Assembly (NCBI GenBank): GCA_963707915.1
Contig: OY970178.1
Coordinates: 3,392,001-3,456,000, forward strand
Direction of reading: 5' to 3'
Length of the DNA stretch: 64,000 bases
Origin: Candidatus Eiseniibacteriota bacterium
Lineage (GTDB): Bacteria > Eisenbacteria > RBG-16-71-46
The notes under the pieces: generated by a model
Seen by the model: the letters and a program-made list of their open reading frames with translations, nothing else
Database searches by the model: none
Told to the model about the DNA's origin: nothing
Position numbers and translations under genes: made by a program
Shown here: positions 53,749 through 61,732 of the stretch, one piece after another
How positions within the stretch are numbered: position 1 is the stretch's first letter
Layout: each line of letters begins with the position of its first letter

Positions 53749-53887
53749 TATGTGCTACTCGTCCAGAGGTCCTTGATCGCGAGCACGGAGAAGCACGTAC
53801 GTCGCGGGGCGGCTGATTCGGCCGCCGTAGCACGTGGGCCGTCTTCGATGCTCGACAGGTCAGGGACCTTCCTCGGAGGCCGCGCAC

Positions 53888-56800
53888 ATGTCCCACCGTT
53901 TCCTGCCTGCCCTGGCAGGCATGCTGGTCTTTGCTGCCCTCGTCCCCTCTACTGCCTCCGCCGGCAACAACGCCGGCGGTCGGGCGTTCCTCAGCTGGGA
54001 CCGCGCAGGTATGGATTCCGTGCTCACCGAGGTTCCAGTGGCGCCCTTCCCTCTGTTCCTGAACCTGCGCGACGCTCCCGACGTGCACGCGCTTGCGGCG
54101 CGGATCATCTGGACCACGAACACCGAGGGCGCCCCGCCGTGCTACATGCTCGTTTCGGCGAGCGCGCCCGACGCGGCTCCGGCCCCAGACAGCCTGGGTG
54201 GTTGGGCCTTTGACTCGCGTCCCGGCCAGGACTTCAACGGTGACACGACCTACACCTGGACCATAGCCTTCGACGCCAACGACAGTTCGAAGGACCGCAT
54301 CGAGTACCGGGTCAGCGGAGCATCGTGCGCCGACACGGCGCACGCCGAGTTCCTGGCGGCGAGGGTGATGGTGATGGATGCCCTCGGCCGCATCGACACA
54401 CTGATTGTGACTGGGGGAGTCCGGATCGCACCACGGATCATCGACCTTGCGGTTGAGCAGGTCTCACCGAGGCGGGTCCCCGTGCGGCAGGCCACGGACC
54501 TCTCGATCATCGGTCGTGGCTTCGAGCCGGGCTCGCGCGTCTTCCTGCAACGTGGCGGCCAGCGCATCGAGGCGAGCCACGTGGTCGTGTCGGATCTGAC
54601 CGAACTCATGGCGCGGGTAGTGTCGCCCTTCTCCGGCGATGATTCGCTCGACCTGGTCGTCGAGCACCCGGTGGGCGTGGAAGCGAGCTTGCCTTCGAGC
54701 CTGCGGTCGACCGGCGCCGAACAGGACTCCTTCTATCGCCCCACGAATGACGACTTCGCGTTCACGCAGATCCCGCTGCGCGCGACGACAAGGGAGCAGA
54801 ATGAGTACCTGCAGGATCCGGTTACGCATCTCGAGTGGCCCGGTTGGCTGGACGGACCGAAACTGCGGGTAATCCGTGCGCCGGGTGATACCGTCGCGAT
54901 CATGCTGAGCCAGCCTTACAACGGAATCGGGCTACAGTCGAACCACTACGAGGCCTCATCATGGGTCCGCCTGCACCTGGACCCACCCCGGCTGGCGACG
55001 TCACTCGCAACGCTCGTCACGTCGGGAAAGACGTTCAAGCACGAGTCGGTGGACTTCCAGGACGGCGGCAAGCCGATCCTGCGCGTGCAGGTCAACTACG
55101 TGGACGGGGACTCGCACGTCACGCAGCTCGTCATCGGGACCAATGTGCGGAACTGGATATCGGGGCAGATGTTCTGCGGCGGTCAAGTGCGTCCTTTCTA
55201 CGACACGCCCCCCGCCGACCCGCTCGGGTCCTGTGCCCAGATCTACTCCGGTCCCGGTCAGACGGGCAGTCCGCCGCCGACAGTCCACTATGACCTGCAG
55301 GAAATCCCGCTCCCGGCATCGAAACGTGCCAAGCGCATCGAGTCGGTCGAGTTCCTAGCTGAGCCGGTCTACCATGTCTGCGGCAACTACTACGATGGCA
55401 CTAGCGGGATCTTCGGACTCGCGGTATGGCCTGAGTTCAAGGCCACTGACGCCGAAGGCGACACGGTCTCGCGACTGAGCCAGAACACGAACCAATCCCA
55501 CGGCGGCTACCTGTTCGGTAGCGAGGCGGTCGGGACGAGACGAACGACAGACGACACGGCGTGCCAAGTCGCCTCGGCGGCGATGAACTACTCGTTCCTC
55601 GGGGTGCCCTGCGCAGTGGACAGCTTGAACAACTTTCTGAGGCGCAGCCGCGGCTACTTCCCTGAGGACGTCGCCTTCGTCTCCAGGGTCTCGACCTCGG
55701 GCGACACGATCGAATTCAGAGGACCCGCTCTGGCCGACAGAATCAACTGGAAGCAGGACCATACCTTCCTCGTCGAGCGCGGAAGGTACGTCCACCCGAT
55801 CGCCACCTTCAGGATCTTGCCCGGAGAGCCCCGCCGGGCCGTTGTTGAAACGCGGCACGATCTCTCCTCCGCGGTCGCGGTCGGAGACACGGGACGGGTC
55901 TACTGGAGCATGAATCCCACAAGGGCCGATCGCTTCACACGGGACGCGAGCGGCCAGCCTCGCCTGCGCACGGTTGAGATCCCCGGTTCCCCAAGTCTCG
56001 CGGCGAAAGTGGAGAGCCTGCTGGTGCGTGGTATCCCGGTTCAGGTGAACACGCATGGGCACATGGTCGTGGCCGATGGCTGGGTGCCTTCGTTCCGCCC
56101 GGATACAACGGCTCGCGGTACCTATGCGATCCAGGATCCACTCGATCGCAGGAACTACCGGCGGCTGATCCAAGGGAAGTACCGGAACGAGTTCAAGCTA
56201 GCGCGCTACGTTGTCGCGGTCGGGGGTGGCCCGGGTCCGAACGCCCTCGCCGGGCTGAACGAGGCGGGAGACGAGCATGGCCTATCGATCGTCGTGGGCC
56301 ATGCAAGCAACGTGACGATCACGGACCCGATGGGTAGGAGCATCGCTCGCGACCCGGGGACAGGCCTCTACTCGAGCAGCATCCCGGACGCGTGGGTGAT
56401 CGATGACATCGTCGCCGATCACGATGTGGATGACGGGCTCGATGGCCCGCCGGTGATGCATCAGTTTCACCTGCCCGCTGCCGTCGATGGCCACTACACC
56501 GTCCGCGTTGATTCCGACGGCGGCATGGCCGTCTCCGTGGCCGCATTCGACACCGGTGGCGTTGTTGCCGCCACGGCTGCAATGGACACATCGCAGGCGC
56601 CGAGTGGGAACAGCTACGATGTGACGTACTCGGCCGCCACGTCATCGGTCGCGATCGCATGGCTCGGGCCAATCGCGGTGGAGGTCCGTTCCCCGGTGGA
56701 GCCTCGGTTCCGGGTGCTGCGCAACCCGACCAGCGGTCCCGTTCAGTTCGAGATTCGATCTGCCGAAGACACAGAGGCGGACCATCTCGAAGTATTCGAC

Positions 56801-56962
56801 CTTTGCGGCAGGCGAGTGGCCGCGCTCGACATCGGATCAGCGAGCCTGCGCGGCAGCGTCGTCACCTGGGACTGGCGAGGCGCTGGATGCCGCGCGGGGG
56901 TCTACTTCGCACTCCAGCGGTCCCGCGCCCGCGGCGTCGTGCGGTTTGTTGTACTGCGATAG
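53888..56962 (+). CDS. Large secreted multidomain protein: IPT/TIG, C39-like peptidase, beta domain, FlgD/T9SS-like C-terminal domain
   Basis: Signal peptide; VSP...IIGRGF.PG (IPT); TACQVASAAM, GHMVVADG, AIQDP (C/H/D); NP...EVFDL.GRRV...W....AGVYF...RFVVLR. Confidence 0.75.
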   Translation: MSHRFLPALAGMLVFAALVPSTASAGNNAGGRAFLSWDRAGMDSVLTEVPVAPFPLFLNLRDAPDVHALAARIIWTTNTEGAPPCYMLVSASAPDAAPAPDSLGGWAFDSRPGQDFNGDTTYTWTIAFDANDSSKDRIEYRVSGASCADTAHAEFLAARVMVMDALGRIDTLIVTGGVRIAPRIIDLAVEQVSPRRVPVRQATDLSIIGRGFEPGSRVFLQRGGQRIEASHVVVSDLTELMARVVSPFSGDDSLDLVVEHPVGVEASLPSSLRSTGAEQDSFYRPTNDDFAFTQIPLRATTREQNEYLQDPVTHLEWPGWLDGPKLRVIRAPGDTVAIMLSQPYNGIGLQSNHYEASSWVRLHLDPPRLATSLATLVTSGKTFKHESVDFQDGGKPILRVQVNYVDGDSHVTQLVIGTNVRNWISGQMFCGGQVRPFYDTPPADPLGSCAQIYSGPGQTGSPPPTVHYDLQEIPLPASKRAKRIESVEFLAEPVYHVCGNYYDGTSGIFGLAVWPEFKATDAEGDTVSRLSQNTNQSHGGYLFGSEAVGTRRTTDDTACQVASAAMNYSFLGVPCAVDSLNNFLRRSRGYFPEDVAFVSRVSTSGDTIEFRGPALADRINWKQDHTFLVERGRYVHPIATFRILPGEPRRAVVETRHDLSSAVAVGDTGRVYWSMNPTRADRFTRDASGQPRLRTVEIPGSPSLAAKVESLLVRGIPVQVNTHGHMVVADGWVPSFRPDTTARGTYAIQDPLDRRNYRRLIQGKYRNEFKLARYVVAVGGGPGPNALAGLNEAGDEHGLSIVVGHASNVTITDPMGRSIARDPGTGLYSSSIPDAWVIDDIVADHDVDDGLDGPPVMHQFHLPAAVDGHYTVRVDSDGGMAVSVAAFDTGGVVAATAAMDTSQAPSGNSYDVTYSAATSSVAIAWLGPIAVEVRSPVEPRFRVLRNPTSGPVQFEIRSAEDTEADHLEVFDLCGRRVAALDIGSASLRGSVVTWDWRGAGCRAGVYFALQRSRARGVVRFVVLR

Positions 56963-56981
56963 AGGGAGACGGAGGGCGACT

Positions 56982-57632
56982 ATGGGGAAGGGTTGTTGGG
57001 TACCGCTCTTGGTGCTGTTCTGGGCGCTGCTCGGTGGGTGTGCGGCGTCCAGCCCGCAAGCCCTCCGACCGTATTCGGTGCTCTCGGAGGTCAGGATCGA
57101 TGTCTGGGGAGGGGACACGCACCACGTAGGAGTCGTACTCGTGGACAGGACGGGCAGACGCTGTGGATGGGAGGCTGGCGCGGTTCTCCAGGACCTGTTC
57201 TGGGATTGCACGTACGACAACGCGGAGCCGGGCATCCCAGATGAGTTTCCACCCATGGACGACACGATTGGGACGTTGAGGTCGCTGGCCTGGGACGACT
57301 CTGCAACCACGGGTGAGTCGGGGTTGATGGCCTCCGAACAGCCGCCGATATCTAGCAGTTTCGTCATTGCGGCGCATGAGAATGGCACCGGCTTACTCAC
57401 CGCGGGCAAGTGTGAGCTGTGGGTTGTTCCGATCCAGACAGGCCCGGTGACCTTTCAGATTCGCGCCAAGCGCGGCTCGCCGCAACACTGTGGTAGCGCC
57501 GAATTCGTGGATTCGCTGCAATCTGGATTCCGCTACCGCTACTGCGCCGCGTGGAAGTCAACGGCCGACAGTTGCAGTGTCCGGATCAGCCTGGCGGCGC
57601 GTGAGAAGGTCGGGGAGAACTCCAAGAAGTAG
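56982..57632 (+). CDS. Lipoprotein partner of the large cargo gene
   Basis: GGAGGG RBS, LLGGC lipobox, VVLVDRTGRRCG motif. Confidence 0.7.
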   Translation: MGKGCWVPLLVLFWALLGGCAASSPQALRPYSVLSEVRIDVWGGDTHHVGVVLVDRTGRRCGWEAGAVLQDLFWDCTYDNAEPGIPDEFPPMDDTIGTLRSLAWDDSATTGESGLMASEQPPISSSFVIAAHENGTGLLTAGKCELWVVPIQTGPVTFQIRAKRGSPQHCGSAEFVDSLQSGFRYRYCAAWKSTADSCSVRISLAAREKVGENSKK

Positions 57633-57706
57633 CACTACAGTCCGGACAAGCTCCGTGCCTCGTGCGCCCGGTACTGCAACGCCTCCGCCAACGCGCGCAC
57701 GCTGAT

Positions 57707-58942
57707 TGATCCGCTACCCGCCACTGGAGCAGCCGGGCACGCTCAAAGCGAGTTCCTCGGGCGCCTCGGCTCCTTCGACCTCGGCACGATACTCCGCCGG
57801 GGTCCGCTGCCCCAAGCTCCCGTGGGGCCGTCGGTTGTTGTACTCCTCCCGCCAGGCGTCGAGCGACACCCGGGCGTCGATGACAGACAGAAAGTAGTGT
57901 TGCGATAAGCACTCACGCCTCAGCTGGGCGTTGAAGCTCTCGATGAAGGGGTTGTCGGTCGGCTTGCCCGGACGGCTGAAGTCCAGCCGCACGTGATTGA
58001 CGTAGGCCCAGTGGTCGAACGCCTTCGAGGTGAACTCCGTCCCGTTGTCCACGTGAATCACCGCCGGCAACCCGCGCCGTACACCTTCGCGCGTCAGCAC
58101 CCGGGCGACCTCGGCGCCGCCGAATGAGCCGCTGACCTCGAGGGCCACGCACTCGCGGGTGAACGTGTCGAGCACCGTCAGCACCCGCAGCTTCCGGCCA
58201 TCCGCCAGCGCATCGCTCACGAAGTCCATCGCCCAGAGCTGGTTGGTCCCGGTGGCCGTGAGTGTCTCTTGCCGGCGCACCGCACTGCGGCGCCGCTTGG
58301 GCCGTTTCGACCGCAGACAGAGCCCTTCTTCCCGATATAGCCGGTACGTCCGCTTGGCGTTCACCTTCCAGCCTTCCCGACGCAGCAACACCTGCACGCG
58401 GCGATACCCGTAGCTCACCCGGGTCGTCGCGATCTCCTTGATCCTCTGGCGCAGCGGGGTCTGATCCGGCCGGACCGGGCGGTACAGCATCGAGGACATT
58501 GCCGTTCCCGAGGCGCGGCAGGCCTTGCGCAAGCTCACGCGGTAGGCCTCCTGCATCCAGCGGGTCACGGCGCGGCGCTCGACCGGCCTTACCACTTTTT
58601 TCGGAGCGCCTCCTGCAGCATCGTCCGGTCCAGCGTCAGGTCCGCGACGACGGCCTTGAGGCGTCGGTTCTCGTCCCGCAGCTGCCGCAGCTCCCGCAGC
58701 TCCGGTGAGGAGATCCCACCGAACTTCTTCTTCCAGCGGTAGAACGTGGTCTCGGTGATGCCCAGCTCCCGGCAGACCTCCCCGACCACCACCCCGCCCT
58801 CGACCCGCTTCAGGGCCTGGGCAATCTGCTCGACCGTGAACTTGCTGGTCTTCATCCTGGGTCCTCCTCCTTGCGGTTCAGGAGGCCCCGAGGTTAGCTC
58901 ATTGCGACAGTCCCGCTGCTCCAGGAAACGGGGAGCGGATCA
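57707..58942 (-). mobile_element. IS3-family insertion sequence copy 1 (1236 bp, IS407-like), 4-bp TSD TGAT
   Basis: TGATCCGCT...AGCGGATCA imperfect terminal IRs; TGAT at 57703-57706 and 58943-58946. Confidence 0.95.
57714..58855 (-). CDS. IS3 transposase OrfA (58589-58855) and OrfB (57714-58595), -1 frameshift fusion
   Basis: HTH OrfA; DDE motifs WAMDF, DNGTEF, IESFN; A-AAA-AAG slippery site. Confidence 0.95.
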
Positions 58943-59335
58943 TGATGCACTCACCGCCCGCGAGGTCGGCGATCGTGCGCGCCACGCGCATGGCGCGATG
59001 CACAGCGCGCGCGCTCATGCCCCCACGGTCCACGGCGTCGGCGACGAGCCGTCGCCCGGCCTGATCCAGCGCGCAGCACTCATCGAGCCGCGACGGCGGC
59101 AGCAGCGCGTTCAGGCAGCCGCGCTCGCGCTGACGCGCCCGCGCCGCGAGCACACGCGCCCGAACCACGGCGCTCGACTCGCCCGCCGACGCCGCCTGCA
59201 GCTCGCGCGAGGTGAGCGCCGGCACCTCGACCTGCAGGTCGAGCCGGTCCAGCACCGGCCCGCTCACCCGGGCGTGGTAGTGCGCGATGTCGGTCGGCGT
59301 GCAGCGACAGCCGCGTTTCGGGTGCCCGAGCCACC

Positions 59336-59353
59336 CGCAACGGCACCGTTGCG
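59336..59353. other. Putative att site: CGCAACGG-CA-CCGTTGCG at the comM homology breakpoint
   Basis: Perfect 8-bp inverted repeat around a 2-bp core; homology to comM ends exactly at the core (59345 corresponds to 62221). Confidence 0.7.
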
Positions 59354-59794
59354 TTGCCTTTCTGCAACCTCCGCCTCCGTGGGCGCCGACCGCGAGTAAT
59401 CCCAAGGGGTTATCCGCAGGAGCCTCGGACGCTTGGTCAGCAGATCCGCCGGCGGAGGATAGACCTGGGGCTGACGCAACGAACCCTCGCTGAGCGGCTG
59501 GGCTGCTGCTTGGAGACGGTGGCGGGATGGGAGCAGGACGAGAGCGTGCCCCTGGCCCGGCGCTGGCCGGCGATCGAATCCGCCCTCGGCCCCGGGCTCG
59601 TTCCGGAACGGGACGGCCTCCCGGGGCGGGTCCTGGCCGCCCGGCTCCGGCTGGGGCTCACGCAGGAGGCCTTGGCGAAGCTCGCGGGCGTGGACCTCAG
59701 GACTGTTCGCAACGTGGAGCGGGGCGTCGGGATTCCCCGTCCTTGCACCTTGGCGGGGATGGCCGCCGCCCTCGAAGTGGACCTCCGTGCCTGA
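59354..59794 (+). CDS. Tandem double XRE-type HTH protein
   Basis: (L)PFC...YPQEPRTLGQQIRRRRIDLGLTQ..LA..LG....V..WE; second HTH RLRLGLTQEALAKLAGVD..TVRNVERG. Confidence 0.85.
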   Translation: MPFCNLRLRGRRPRVIPRGYPQEPRTLGQQIRRRRIDLGLTQRTLAERLGCCLETVAGWEQDESVPLARRWPAIESALGPGLVPERDGLPGRVLAARLRLGLTQEALAKLAGVDLRTVRNVERGVGIPRPCTLAGMAAALEVDLRA

Positions 59795-59858
59795 GACCGG
59801 GTTCGCCCACACCCATGGCTGGGGAGGATGTGGCGGGCGCCCTGCCATTCGATATCGG

Positions 59859-61094
59859 TGATCCGCTCCCCGTTTCCTGGAGCAGCGGGACTGTCGCAAT
59901 GAGCTAACCTCGGGGCCTCCTGAACCGCAAGGAGGAGGACCCAGGATGAAGACCAGCAAGTTCACGGTCGAGCAGATTGCCCAGGCCCTGAAGCGGGTCG
60001 AGGGCGGGGTGGTGGTCGGGGAGGTCTGCCGGGAGCTGGGCATCACCGAGACCACGTTCTACCGCTGGAAGAAGAAGTTCGGTGGGATCTCCTCACCGGA
60101 GCTGCGGGAGCTGCGGCAGCTGCGGGACGAGAACCGACGCCTCAAGGCCGTCGTCGCGGACCTGACGCTGGACCGGACGATGCTGCAGGAGGCGCTCCGA
60201 AAAAAGTGGTAAGGCCGGTCGAGCGCCGCGCCGTGACCCGCTGGATGCACGAGGCCTACCGCGTCAGCTTGCGCAAGGCCTGCCGCGCCTCGGGAACGGC
60301 AATGTCCTCGATGCTGTACCGCCCGGTCCGGCCGGATCAGACCCCGCTGCGCCAGAGGATCAAGGAGATCGCGACGACCCGGGTGAGCTACGGGTATCGC
60401 CGCGTGCAGGTGTTGCTGCGTCGGGAAGGCTGGAAGGTGAACGCCAAGCGGACGTACCGGCTATATCGGGAAGAAGGGCTCTGTCTGCGGTCGAAACGGC
60501 CCAAGCGGCGCCGCAGTGCGGTGCGCCGGCAAGAGACACTCACGGCCACCGGGACCAACCAGCTCTGGGCGATGGACTTCGTGAGCGATGCGCTGGCGGA
60601 TGGCCGGAAGCTGCGGGTGCTGACGGTGCTCGACACGTTCACCCGCGAGTGCGTGGCCCTCGAGGTCAGCGGCTCATTCGGCGGCGCCGAGGTCGCCCGG
60701 GTGCTGACGCGCGAAGGTGTACGGCGCGGGTTGCCGGCGGTGATTCACGTGGACAACGGGACGGAGTTCACCTCGAAGGCGTTCGACCACTGGGCCTACG
60801 TCAATCACGTGCGGCTGGACTTCAGCCGTCCGGGCAAGCCGACCGACAACCCCTTCATCGAGAGCTTCAACGCCCAGCTGAGGCGTGAGTGCTTATCGCA
60901 ACACTACTTTCTGTCTGTCATCGACGCCCGGGTGTCGCTCGACGCCTGGCGGGAGGAGTACAACAACCGACGGCCCCACGGGAGCTTGGGGCAGCGGACC
61001 CCGGCGGAGTATCGTGCCGAGGTCGAAGGAGCCGAGGCGCCCGAGGAACTCGCTTTGAGCGTGCCCGGCTGCTCCAGTGGCGGGTAGCGGATCA
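59859..61094 (+). mobile_element. IS3-family insertion sequence copy 2 (1236 bp), no TSD
   Basis: Near-identical inverted copy of 57707-58942; flanks TCGG and CCCG differ. Confidence 0.95.
59946..61087 (+). CDS. IS3 transposase OrfA (59946-60212) and OrfB (60206-61087)
   Basis: Same as copy 1; CGA-AAA-AAG-TGG-TAA frameshift window. Confidence 0.95.
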
Positions 61095-61209
61095 CCCGCA
61101 GCGGCTGGCCTCTTGATCTGTACCAGCGTTGGGGGCTACGTCAATCAGGCTGGCAACGGAGAACGTCGCGATCACGCGGCGCGTGGTCGTGCTTGGCGGG
61201 AGGCACTGA
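61095..61209 (+). pseudogene. C-terminal remnant of a FlgD/T9SS-like cargo gene
   Basis: GGYV/IRLATENVAITRRVVVLGGRH*; stop overlaps next start (TGATG). Confidence 0.55.
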
Positions 61210-61730
61210 TGAGGCTTCTCGGCGTTATGGCGATTGTGGTTGCGGGGTGCGCCCTGGTGGGCTCGAGCACGGCGGGTTCGGCAGGGAAGCGGAGCACTGC
61301 AACTGACCGGCTCTACATCGTCGTGCATGGTGGCGCGCACGTGGTCCTCACCGACGCGAGGGGGAGGACGTCAGGTGACTGTGATACCACGGGAGTCCGC
61401 ATCCCCGCTTGCGAGTATAGAACGGACGTGGCGTTGTTTGCTCCTCGTGCGACGGAGAAGCGAATGGTCATGTTCATCCTCGGGCCTCCTTCCCCTGGGC
61501 GTTACCGGCTCGGTGCTGAGGTAGCGGACAGCGGTGGGGTCTTCGTCGAGTGTGCGTGGCAGAGTGCAGGGGGTGGCGGGACGTCGGCTGGCGGTCTCCC
61601 TGCTGAAATCGGTACGCACGGTGTCTGGAGCATCCAGTGGGTCCAGGGCAGTCATGGGAAGCCCTCCACGCTGCAGTCGCGACGGATTGAGCCCCCGGAC
61701 ACCTCCGGGGCGACGTCGCCTAGGCGCTGA
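61209..61730 (+). CDS. Small exported protein, paralogous to the beta domain of the large cargo protein
   Basis: Signal peptide; LYIVVHGGAHVVLTDARGRTSG...IP...P.PGRYRL. Confidence 0.7.
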   Translation: MRLLGVMAIVVAGCALVGSSTAGSAGKRSTATDRLYIVVHGGAHVVLTDARGRTSGDCDTTGVRIPACEYRTDVALFAPRATEKRMVMFILGPPSPGRYRLGAEVADSGGVFVECAWQSAGGGGTSAGGLPAEIGTHGVWSIQWVQGSHGKPSTLQSRRIEPPDTSGATSPRR

Positions 61731-61732
61731 CT

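Larger units (their letters stand above)
57635..59345 (-). pseudogene. comM: Duplicated comM 3' segment (from CRCG to stop), interrupted by IS3
   Basis: CRCGWLGHPKRGC...ADLAGGECI | IS | SVRALAEALQYRAHEARSLSGL*; homologous to 61733-62221. Confidence 0.92.

Noticed and set aside
58943..59858. Inversion of the segment between the two IS3 copies
   Set aside because: Copy 1 retains TGAT on both sides and the comM fragment reads through it colinearly.
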